IMG/VR virus record: IMGVR_UViG_3300020050_007391 | Span: 1 to 60,043 of that record | Reading direction: 5' to 3' (one strand) | Length of the DNA: 60,043 nucleotides | DNA from: a virus | In this document: positions 44,128-52,080 of the stretch, one piece after another | How positions within the stretch are numbered: position 1 is the stretch's first letter | Layout of the letters: each line of letters begins with the position of its first letter | Position numbers and translations under genes: made by a program | The notes under the pieces: generated by a model | Told to the model about the DNA's origin: nothing | What the model saw: the letters and a program-made list of their open reading frames with translations, nothing else | Database searches by the model: none

Positions 44128-44322
44128 ATGATCTCCATACCAAACGGCACAGCAACTTATGACACCCCGCTGCGTGAGTATGTCGCGCAGATCGGGGATG
44201 CCGTTGTCCGGGCAAAGACGCTGGACGGGTTCAGGATGGTAGTGGCGCTGACCGAAGAAGAAACGGCTTTGCTGGAATCCTACAGAGAAGAACAAGAGGC
44301 AGCACATGGCGGCGATAACTGA
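44128..44322 (+). CDS. Hypothetical small protein.
   Basis: Track ORF with an AGGTGA RBS. Confidence 0.5.
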   Translation: MISIPNGTATYDTPLREYVAQIGDAVVRAKTLDGFRMVVALTEEETALLESYREEQEAAHGGDN

Positions 44323-45157
44323 CTTATCTGATTACGTTAATCTTTCAACCGGGGGTAACTCAGGCAACCCGGAGGCACTGTTTATCTCAATTGACGGTCG
44401 CGTGGGCGCGTCTGCGGCAACGGCTCCTGTGGCCGGTCGCATGGTATCGCTCTGGCAGTACAACAAAAGCAAAGGCGGATCGGGCACAGCGCCAGCAACA
44501 GCGCGGGCGCTGACGCGGACGACACAAGGCGCGTTTGCACAGAATGCACCGGGTGCCAGCGCAACAAAATGGCTCAAGGGCGGGTATGCGATCTGTAACG
44601 CCCCCGGCAGCGTTATGCTGTACGACAGGCTAGTTGATAGCGGCGGATTAAGCGGTACGGCGACAACAGCGCAAACAACAAACCTGCCCACTGCAACCCT
44701 GACCCGCCATACAGATGGCCTTGGCAATTTTATTTTTGTCGAGGTCAGCACGATTATCGGGACAACAGCCACCACGGCAACGATTGGATATAAAGATACG
44801 AACGGCGACAGCCGGACGACCCCGGCGTTCTCTATCGGCGGCACAGGCTTGCGTGAGGCGCAGCGGTTTATCCGCGTCCCGCTTGCTGATGCTTATGCGA
44901 ATTTGGGTGTCACAGAGATCGAGAATATAGACCTTGTGGCATCTACAACGACTATTGGCGATATCGCGGTGGGGATTGGCCACGAACTCTGTGCACTGCC
45001 ATGTATTGGTGCGGGCGGCTGTGCCCCCGAGGACTTCCTTTCTGGCGCTCAGAACATGGTTGATGTCGGGGAAGCTTGCCTGTCCGGTTATTTCATCGGG
45101 TCTTTGACGACAGTGCCGAGCTTCGATATCGGGCTGTTCTTTGTGGATAAGGTGTAA
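44306..45157 (+). CDS. Hypothetical protein, paralogue A of a tandem pair.
   Basis: YDRLVDSGGLSGTATTAQTTNLPTATLTRHTDGLG aligns with IDRLSHNGGMAANVAGTLTTNLPTAALTRNTDGIG in the next gene. Confidence 0.65.
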   Translation: MAAITDLSDYVNLSTGGNSGNPEALFISIDGRVGASAATAPVAGRMVSLWQYNKSKGGSGTAPATARALTRTTQGAFAQNAPGASATKWLKGGYAICNAPGSVMLYDRLVDSGGLSGTATTAQTTNLPTATLTRHTDGLGNFIFVEVSTIIGTTATTATIGYKDTNGDSRTTPAFSIGGTGLREAQRFIRVPLADAYANLGVTEIENIDLVASTTTIGDIAVGIGHELCALPCIGAGGCAPEDFLSGAQNMVDVGEACLSGYFIGSLTTVPSFDIGLFFVDKV

Positions 45158-45159
45158 CA

Positions 45160-46005
45160 ATGCCGATCAGCGATTTCAGCACCTACAAAACACTGAGGGA
45201 TAACGCGCAGCAGATTATTTACCAGAAAACCATGAACAGCGGTCAATACACCACGTCAGGCGCATGGTCTGATTCATGGAATTTGAATCCAATAAACGGC
45301 GTAACCCCCTCGACAGCAGTGGCACCAAACAATACAACTGCCGGGGCGCTTCTACCAAGCTATTTCGGTCTTTTAGACCAACCAGCAGCAACCAGACGAA
45401 TTTCAACATTCGGATGTTCTGCCGGAGGTGTTCAGGCTGTGGTTCCCGGCGCTTGTATGCTGATTGATCGCCTTTCCCACAATGGCGGTATGGCTGCAAA
45501 CGTGGCCGGAACGCTTACAACGAACCTTCCAACGGCTGCGTTGACAAGGAACACGGACGGCATCGGTGTAAAAATGGCTCTGGTTGTTTACAACCAGATC
45601 GGGGCAACCGCTGGCGGCGCGACTGTAAGTTACGACAACGAAAGCGGGGTTACTAAAACTTCTCCGACATTCGTGGTCGGCGGGACAGGGCGCAGGGAAC
45701 AGGGTGTTTTTATAAACATCCCGATCACAGATGGCGATCTGGGCGTCACCAAAATCAACAGCATTACAATGCCAAACACGGGGACGGCTGGAAACTTTGG
45801 TCTTTTACTTTATAGACCGATTGCCGTTGCCCCGAATAACTTCGCCGGGGCAAAAGGGAAGCAGTCTGTCTTGGACATGATGTTTAACGCTGGCCACTTC
45901 CCGGTATGGCCGAATGATTCTTGTATGGGTCTTATTTTTACGAACCCGTCAGCCGCAAACGTATATGCACAGGTACATATCAGACTGATCGAGGATGACG
46001 TATGA
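45160..46005 (+). CDS. Hypothetical protein, paralogue B of a tandem pair.
   Basis: See paralogue A. The two are similar in length (281 vs 283 aa), and the later motifs also align (GGTGLREAQRFIRVPL vs GGTGRREQGVFINIPI). Confidence 0.65.
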   Translation: MPISDFSTYKTLRDNAQQIIYQKTMNSGQYTTSGAWSDSWNLNPINGVTPSTAVAPNNTTAGALLPSYFGLLDQPAATRRISTFGCSAGGVQAVVPGACMLIDRLSHNGGMAANVAGTLTTNLPTAALTRNTDGIGVKMALVVYNQIGATAGGATVSYDNESGVTKTSPTFVVGGTGRREQGVFINIPITDGDLGVTKINSITMPNTGTAGNFGLLLYRPIAVAPNNFAGAKGKQSVLDMMFNAGHFPVWPNDSCMGLIFTNPSAANVYAQVHIRLIEDDV

Positions 46006-46841
46006 CGTGGGGCGGCTCCGGTCCATTTCTATTCGACGGGGCAGCTGTAGAGGTCGGGTTTGTCCCGGTTGAGGCAATCCCTGCGCCTCCCGGTGGCTTT
46101 ATTTCGGCATGGTGCTATAATTGCAATACTATTTTAGGTGATGGCATGAAAAAAAACGTAGCAGGGCAGAAGATCGGGGCGCAGATGATTACAGCTTCTG
46201 ATGGCAGCGCGTTTACAGGTACGGTTTCTGTTTTTGTCACGGGCGACGGAGGAACTCAAGGTGCGGGCGGCGGGTCTGTTACCCATGAAGGCAATGGGTA
46301 TCATGGATATGCTCCTACACAGGCAGAAACAAACTATGACCATATTGCTTTTACGTTCACCGGAACGGGCGCGGTATCATCAACGGTACAGGTATTTACA
46401 GATTTTCCGCAGACTGGCGATGCGTTTGACCGCCTCGGCGCTCCTGCTGGGGCTTCCGTATCTGCCGATATTGCGACAAGGCTGCCGACTGCCAGCTATA
46501 CGGCACCACCATCCGCTGCCACGATTGCGGGTTCGGTATGGGATGAGGCATACGCCGGGCACCTTACAGGCGGCACGTTTGGGTACGTGGTGGCCAACCT
46601 TCCCGATGCGGCAACAACAGCATACACAGTCTGGCAGGCCGATCCTGCGGGCTGGTCTGCCGCTGCTGATACATTCGGGAAGCTGCTGATCGACGCGGAA
46701 ACAGACGCTGGACTGATTAAAGCCAAGACAGACAATCTGACGTTTACCGTGGCGGGACAGGTTAATGCTAATACCGAAAGCATGAACGGCGCTGAAATAC
46801 TTGGTGATGGGTCTTCTGGTAACTTGTGGCGAGGTGCATAG
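46002..46841 (+). CDS. Fibre-like hypothetical protein. An alternative start lies at 46146.
   Basis: Track ORF. The ATG at 46146 (MKKNVAGQK...) has an AGGTGA RBS. The Gly/Thr/Ala-rich, beta-like sequence recalls tail-fibre-associated proteins. Confidence 0.5.
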   Translation: MTWGGSGPFLFDGAAVEVGFVPVEAIPAPPGGFISAWCYNCNTILGDGMKKNVAGQKIGAQMITASDGSAFTGTVSVFVTGDGGTQGAGGGSVTHEGNGYHGYAPTQAETNYDHIAFTFTGTGAVSSTVQVFTDFPQTGDAFDRLGAPAGASVSADIATRLPTASYTAPPSAATIAGSVWDEAYAGHLTGGTFGYVVANLPDAATTAYTVWQADPAGWSAAADTFGKLLIDAETDAGLIKAKTDNLTFTVAGQVNANTESMNGAEILGDGSSGNLWRGA

Positions 46842-46853
46842 TGGCGTCTTTCT

Positions 46854-46901
46854 CATCATCATCATTCAGTACATCATCATTCAGTACATCATCGTTTGAC
46901 A
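46854..46901. repeat. About 2.5 tandem copies of a 15-mer (CATCATCATTCAGTA) at the convergent junction.
   Basis: catcatcatcattcagta / catcatcattcagta / catcatcgtttgaca, read directly from the sequence. Confidence 0.85.
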
Positions 46902-46936
46902 TTGACGACGTTGTAAAATCAAAAATAACAGCTATG

Positions 46937-47281
46937 CTACTCCGCAGGCGTCGGCGGTGCAGCCGGAAGCGCCGTGGCCGCAGGTGAAACACCGCCACGC
47001 TCCAATATCATAGCGATACGCATAGCATCGCTGCATTCATAAGAGACAATCTCCAAGAATTTCAAAGCCATGATTGGGTCTTTAATCTCGTTGACCTCCC
47101 TGAACATAGCTATTGCAAGATAGAGAGCCTTCCCATGAGGCCCATTATCGTTTGCATGATGAAAATCAGGCCAACCCGGCATGTTGTCAGGGAAGAACAT
47201 ATCGTTGTATTTTCCAGCAATCGATATCCTCTCGCTGAGTACGTGTTTTTTGTCCTGTATCTGTGCCACTTTATTCCCCAT
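46937..47281 (-). CDS. Hypothetical protein.
   Basis: Track ORF, last gene of the leftward operon. Confidence 0.6.
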   Translation of the reverse strand: MGNKVAQIQDKKHVLSERISIAGKYNDMFFPDNMPGWPDFHHANDNGPHGKALYLAIAMFREVNEIKDPIMALKFLEIVSYECSDAMRIAMILERGGVSPAATALPAAPPTPAE

Positions 47282-47283
47282 GA

Positions 47284-47439
47284 TTAACGGCGCTTTCTTC
47301 TTTTGGCGTATCCTTCGGCGATACGCATGATCTGTGCCCGCTCACTATCGGTATAAAAGCGTCCAACTTCATCAAGATTTAGAAATTCAGCAGCTCTTTG
47401 TACGTCGCTCATAGTCGGTGCGAAAAGTTCTTCATTCAT
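47284..47439 (-). CDS. Hypothetical small protein, start uncertain (the track gives GTG at 47484).
   Basis: ATG at 47439 follows GGGGAATAAAC. Confidence 0.45.
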   Translation of the reverse strand: MNEELFAPTMSDVQRAAEFLNLDEVGRFYTDSERAQIMRIAEGYAKRRKRR

Positions 47440-47485
47440 GTTTATTCCCCACAGTGGATTTACTTTCATTTTATAATGATACACG

Positions 47486-47504
47486 TTGCTTTTTACTTGG
47501 CAAT
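47486..47504. promoter_or_regulatory. Degenerate copy of the TTGC-N10-GCAA palindrome.
   Basis: TTGCTTTTTACTTGGCAA in a short gap within the operon. Confidence 0.3.
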
Positions 47505-47516
47505 GGCCCGAATGAA

Positions 47517-47603
47517 CTATTTCGCCATATGTTCTGATTCATCCATACAGTTCAGGCATTTCTTAATGTCTCCCATGCGTAAGATATCTTGTGCCAACGT
47601 CAT
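47517..47603 (-). CDS. Possible 28-aa peptide, below the track cutoff.
   Basis: Hand translation gives MTLAQDILRMGDIKKCLNCMDESEHMAK. Its ATG overlaps the upstream stop as ATGA. Confidence 0.3.
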   Translation of the reverse strand: MTLAQDILRMGDIKKCLNCMDESEHMAK

Positions 47604-47803
47604 TTCCATCCACCTATCGGTCCGTAAAAACCGTCTTTGTGTTGCTCATAATTCAATTCTTCCGGCGTTTTCTTCGGAAATAGGTCGTGCCATTTGCCAT
47701 CGTGGCATTCTGAACACTTGACCTTATCCTTGTCTTCTCCCCAATACCGTCCAACAGCGGTATTCTCGATGCAGCCACATTTTGTGCATTTGAATAGTGG
47801 CAT
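47600..47803 (-). CDS. Four-Cys zinc-ribbon protein.
   Basis: CTKCG ... CSEC pairs in 67 aa. Confidence 0.55.
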   Translation of the reverse strand: MPLFKCTKCGCIENTAVGRYWGEDKDKVKCSECHDGKWHDLFPKKTPEELNYEQHKDGFYGPIGGWK

Positions 47804-48252
47804 TATGCGGCCATCAGTTCTGTATAGCTGAACCCATTACCGAGGCACTGCTGAATGCTCACCTTTCTGCCGCCGGTCTTGATAACACGGTCGTCAAAAA
47901 CCATCGCGTATTCATCGATCATGATTTCTCCGCGAACGAACGCTGACCCATCAGGGGTTAGCGACCAGTAGCCAGATTTCTTCTTTTTGCCCGGTACATG
48001 AGGCATCTGCTCTACAATGCCGAAATATCTCGCCTTCCCAAGATCGCCACTGCCTGCCTGACCTTCCGGGATCAGCTTGGAGGCGTGGATAAATTCACCA
48101 CCCCGCGCACCCAAGCGATACATTCTGATGAGCTGCACGGCCAGATCAGTGTGAATCGTGCGGCGATATACCTGAGAATGGCGTCCGCAGCATGGGCAGT
48201 CGCCCTTCCATCCGTTCATCAGTTTCTGCATGAACTCGCTAAACAATTTCAT
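47803..48252 (-). CDS. Hypothetical protein with an N-terminal CPCCG motif.
   Basis: Track ORF, coupled to both neighbours. Confidence 0.55.
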   Translation of the reverse strand: MKLFSEFMQKLMNGWKGDCPCCGRHSQVYRRTIHTDLAVQLIRMYRLGARGGEFIHASKLIPEGQAGSGDLGKARYFGIVEQMPHVPGKKKKSGYWSLTPDGSAFVRGEIMIDEYAMVFDDRVIKTGGRKVSIQQCLGNGFSYTELMAA

Positions 48253-49091
48253 TCTCCTTCACTTCTGGGGTTCTCTTGTAGTCTGGTTGCTTCGTCTGCA
48301 CGATCAAACTCCGGGTATCCGTTATGAACTATCCCATCAAGTTCACGCCCAAGCTTTTTGATAATGGTCTGGTTTGCGCCGCCGTACTGCTTAAACAGAA
48401 ACGGTATTCCAGCACATTCACATTGATCACGAATACTGCGGAACCAATCAGGATCAGTATGGCGATAATGGCTTCCAGATTCTCCACCAACGATAACCCA
48501 ATCAAGCATATGGTTTAGCGGTCGTCCTAAGAATTTTGCTGCATTTCTCCATTCTGAGCTGTTGCATAGCTCCACTGGACCGAGAAGAGGCTCCATGGAA
48601 AGAAAGTGGATAACGCTGGGTATCGAGTAAAAGTCAGCGGCACGTATGCTGTACTCTCTCTGGTTTTCTACCGTGATCCCAAGCCATACGTTCCGATATC
48701 CATTCTTTCCCCAATCTGGGGGCAGCATACCGGAGATATTCTGCGGCCTTTTCGTCAGCAGCAGCCAATCAAGATTTGGCGTTTCACGAATAAGTTTCCA
48801 GAGATCGTCGCGCCATTCTGTTGGAACCTGATTGTCAAAAACGTCAGCAAGCGATGCACAGAAAACCCTCGGACGAATCCCGAGGCGCTGGGCCTGCTTA
48901 TTCCAACGTACCGGATCGCCCCACGTCTTTGTACGCTCTCGCGGTGCGCTCGAACCCCAATTTCTGCCCTCACGATACCGCTTGTTCCAATCTTCCGCAT
49001 AACAGAAGTCACATGCAGGGGAAATCTTTGTGCAACCAATCCATGGGTTAAAAGTGTGGTCGCACCACTCTATACCTGAATTCTCGGCCAT
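48249..49091 (-). CDS. Phage Gp37/Gp68-family (DUF5131) three-Cys protein.
   Basis: N-terminus SGIEWCDHTFNPWIGCTKISPACDFCYAE matches the family signature IEW.d.T.NP..GC...S.GC..CYA. Confidence 0.7.
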   Translation of the reverse strand: MAENSGIEWCDHTFNPWIGCTKISPACDFCYAEDWNKRYREGRNWGSSAPRERTKTWGDPVRWNKQAQRLGIRPRVFCASLADVFDNQVPTEWRDDLWKLIRETPNLDWLLLTKRPQNISGMLPPDWGKNGYRNVWLGITVENQREYSIRAADFYSIPSVIHFLSMEPLLGPVELCNSSEWRNAAKFLGRPLNHMLDWVIVGGESGSHYRHTDPDWFRSIRDQCECAGIPFLFKQYGGANQTIIKKLGRELDGIVHNGYPEFDRADEATRLQENPRSEGE

Positions 49092-49852
49092 TATTTACCT
49101 CCACAATCTGGGCATCCGGAATCGCCTCCACCGCAAGTCGCACATGAAGAGGCAGGCGCACTTGTCGATTCCGGTGGTGATGGCATGTCTCCGGGGAAAA
49201 GGCTGTCTGCCGGTGCGGGAGACTCGGGAATTGTCTGGGTTATTACTTCTGTTCGCTCTTTCAGCTTGCTCACAAGATGATCATAGGCAGATTGGCTTGC
49301 GGCCTTGATCTTTTCAATCTTGGCAGACTGGCTATTCCAATAAAACTCAGCATCCTTGGCTGTTGGTGCCTCTTTGAGTTTTGCCTGTATCTCTGTCGCA
49401 TCCCTCCTGATCTCCGCCATCGGATCAGTCTCAGACGCTGGTTTAGCTGTCTGCTGTATTTTCAGAGGGTGAACAGTATGTGGAGACTTCACGCCACGAG
49501 AAACTGTGACGCTCATATTCTGAGGTACAGTTATATGACTCATGTGGCTGATCCTAATTCCTCCGACTGCCGCCCCGCCCCATTTTACAGTTTCATCGCG
49601 GTAAAGCGTCATGCTTTTTCCGACATAGCTTTGGGATTCATCGCCCCATACAAGTACCATAACCCGGCGCATACCTTTGCTCGGCTTGTATGGTTTCCCA
49701 TTATCGCCCTCATAGTTCAGTATTACCGGCTGATCCGACCCTTTCTTCACCGTAGCTTTAGTGATTTTGATGGTCAGCTCTCTCCCAATAAGATCGTCTG
49801 CATTGAGCTGGTCGCTTTTTGCAATGATCGTGTCTGTCATATCGCCACTCAT
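49091..49852 (-). CDS. Hypothetical protein with a C-terminal CxxC...CxxC tail, a possible ssDNA-binding or annealing partner of the nuclease.
   Basis: Track ORF coupled to the nuclease gene. C-terminus CATCGGGDSGCPDCGG. The function is only a position-based guess. Confidence 0.3.
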   Translation of the reverse strand: MSGDMTDTIIAKSDQLNADDLIGRELTIKITKATVKKGSDQPVILNYEGDNGKPYKPSKGMRRVMVLVWGDESQSYVGKSMTLYRDETVKWGGAAVGGIRISHMSHITVPQNMSVTVSRGVKSPHTVHPLKIQQTAKPASETDPMAEIRRDATEIQAKLKEAPTAKDAEFYWNSQSAKIEKIKAASQSAYDHLVSKLKERTEVITQTIPESPAPADSLFPGDMPSPPESTSAPASSCATCGGGDSGCPDCGGK

Positions 49853-50736
49853 GGTCTAATATCTCCTGCTTCTTCTTCCCAACGTGATAGAACCCAAGGC
49901 GGCGGGCAAGAATGTATCGTGTATGGCTTTTCGCCGCGCCAAATCCCGGTTTCTAAACAATTTTTGAACCTGTTGCAGCCGCTATTGTAACGATCCATCA
50001 TGTCGTCAGTGTAGCTTGCATCGGTCGTAATCACCTGAACGTGGAACGGTTTCTTTACCTGCTGGACCACATAGACCAGATTAGGTGCGCGTCCGGTTAT
50101 GCTCTGGTAAACGTCACGATAATGAACGCTCTGCATCCATTTACCTTCCCCCCATAGCTGGTTTTTCTGCCAGTTCTCGAAGCTGACGCCGGTAGTCTTG
50201 TAGTCCACGATTATGTCCGAATATTTTTCATCCAGCCAGTCGAAACGCGCCCGCTTCCAAACGCCATTCGTCAGGCAGAAGGCTGATTGTTCTGCCTTGC
50301 CCGCCGTCATCAGGCCGGGGTAATCATGCTGTGAATCAAGATAATTGTGTAGCTCGTCAGCCATACGCCTTACGTCGTCCAACATTTCTTGATGGCTTGT
50401 GTTAAGCGCAATCAATCCCCGACGCTCAATATCAGCTTTCGCCAACTTGGCATCATCCTTACGCCAAGAATCAAACGGGGCAATCTCATAAGTATCCTTG
50501 CCACCGCGAAGTACGAAGTCATGCGCGATTGTTCCTAGATCAGCAGCCGCAGAAGATGTGTCATCTTCCTTATAATCCGGATTCAGGCGCGGGCTTTCCA
50601 AATAACAGTCTTTTTCTGTTCTCTCCATGATGGTAATGACCATGGACGACGACAAAGACGGCTTAATGCAGGGGTCTTTGTGGTAGACCTTCTTCTCCGG
50701 CATCCCGTTTACGATACAGTTTTCAGTGATTTGCAT
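49849..50736 (-). CDS. PD-(D/E)XK nuclease (RecB / lambda-Exo-like exonuclease).
   Basis: ARFDWLDEKYSDIIVDYKTT (D ... D-x-K) followed by QSVHY (QxxxY), as in RecB-family nucleases. Confidence 0.75.
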   Translation of the reverse strand: MQITENCIVNGMPEKKVYHKDPCIKPSLSSSMVITIMERTEKDCYLESPRLNPDYKEDDTSSAAADLGTIAHDFVLRGGKDTYEIAPFDSWRKDDAKLAKADIERRGLIALNTSHQEMLDDVRRMADELHNYLDSQHDYPGLMTAGKAEQSAFCLTNGVWKRARFDWLDEKYSDIIVDYKTTGVSFENWQKNQLWGEGKWMQSVHYRDVYQSITGRAPNLVYVVQQVKKPFHVQVITTDASYTDDMMDRYNSGCNRFKNCLETGIWRGEKPYTIHSCPPPWVLSRWEEEAGDIRP

Positions 50737-50764
50737 TTCAATTTCTCCTTGTGACTAAACTAAT

Positions 50765-50788
50765 GCATTGCTTTTTACTCGTCAATGC
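50765..50788. promoter_or_regulatory. GCATTG-N12-CAATGC inverted repeat in an intra-operon gap.
   Basis: gcattgctttttactcgtcaatgc, read directly. It shares the CATTGCTTTTT arm with 53501..53522. Confidence 0.45.
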
Positions 50789-50800
50789 ACAAAAACATAT

Positions 50801-51640
50801 TTAAGCGCACGCCATTGCTATTCTGCGGTTTCTCTCAACCTGATAATCAGCATTTTTCATGGAGCGATCCCACATGCGCTGCTGTTCTGGTGATTTCGGC
50901 ATATCAACAATGAAGCCTGATTCATCACGTCTGGCGACAGAACCCTTGCTACGCAGGCCAACAATCACGCGCTCATCCGGATAATCGTAATAATCACCGT
51001 ATCGCCAGTCGTGCAGATCGCCATCGATCACGCGCAGCTTTTTGGAACCGAGCCTCCATGTCTCCGGGAGCTTATCCTCGCTCTTGGCCCGGAACACTAC
51101 CGCAACATTCATGCCGTTCTTCAAGGCAGTCAGGCATTTTTCCTCGTTATCTTCCGAGCGCGAGAATGTCAGCTTGTAATTGTCCGGCAGGTTCTTCCGG
51201 TTCCAACGCTTCGTATAGTCCATGAAGGGAATATGCGGGAAAACCGACATAATGTTTGGTGCGGCACCACAACGAATGTTTTCCCAAGGTATGTCGCTGG
51301 TCCCGTTCAATCTTATGCCGCAGATATACCCGTTCTTGTTAGCCTTGCGGTCGGCGGCGTGGATTTCTTCCATCAACATTGTCATGAAGTCCTCGCGCTG
51401 CTCAAAAAACATCTTTGTCCGGTTTATCCGGGCGGTTTCCTTGCGGGCGTAGTGGAATCCAGCCGTGTTCAGACACGCAGCCGTGCACCCAGCCGAGCGC
51501 ATGGGGCAGACCTCATAACCAGACCGATCAGCCGGTGACAGGTGCATCACAAACCCGAGAACGCCAACGCTCATGTTTTTTATTACTTTCGGATGCCTCT
51601 CGGTTTCCGAAAGCAGGCGGAGTACTTTTGTTTGTGTCAT
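50801..51640 (-). CDS. GP88-like three-Cys protein (tentative family call).
   Basis: VMHLSPADRSGYEVCPMRSAGCTAACLNTAGFH resembles the N-terminal Cys cluster of the phage GP88 domain family. Confidence 0.45.
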   Translation of the reverse strand: MTQTKVLRLLSETERHPKVIKNMSVGVLGFVMHLSPADRSGYEVCPMRSAGCTAACLNTAGFHYARKETARINRTKMFFEQREDFMTMLMEEIHAADRKANKNGYICGIRLNGTSDIPWENIRCGAAPNIMSVFPHIPFMDYTKRWNRKNLPDNYKLTFSRSEDNEEKCLTALKNGMNVAVVFRAKSEDKLPETWRLGSKKLRVIDGDLHDWRYGDYYDYPDERVIVGLRSKGSVARRDESGFIVDMPKSPEQQRMWDRSMKNADYQVERNRRIAMACA

Positions 51641-52080
51641 AAAAGTTTTCCCTGTGCTGGTTCTATCGGCTTCTTGATCTTTTCGGGCTTCTCTTTGTAT
51701 CTGGAGCTATAGTCTGGTGGGAAGAAACCAAGGGCACCCTTGCACGGAATCAAATCTTCATATGCGATTGAGTCCTCAAGGACAAAGCCATGTTTCCCAA
51801 AAAAGAATGGGCTGGGGTGAGTAGCAACGCAATCAACGATATTTGTTTCACCAACAATACCGCCTTTCTGCATTGTGTCTGCGTGAGGTATCTCCTGACC
51901 GATAATCCTTGACCAGAATTCGTAATCGAAGTCCTTGTCAATATTCATCCCGGCATGAACAAGGACACGACCACGATACTCTGTGTACCAGTTCCTATTC
52001 TCTACCGGCTTGAAACCACGAACGATCAGCCAAGCCCAAGGCTGGTTGATTGATATTGCTTTAGTATCTGATGCTGACAT
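51637..52080 (-). CDS. ASCH (PUA-like) domain protein.
   Basis: ISINQPWAWLIVRGFKPVENRNWYTEYRGRVLVHAG matches the ASCH pattern QPWA..i..G.K..E.R.w. Confidence 0.7.
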   Translation of the reverse strand: MSASDTKAISINQPWAWLIVRGFKPVENRNWYTEYRGRVLVHAGMNIDKDFDYEFWSRIIGQEIPHADTMQKGGIVGETNIVDCVATHPSPFFFGKHGFVLEDSIAYEDLIPCKGALGFFPPDYSSRYKEKPEKIKKPIEPAQGKLL

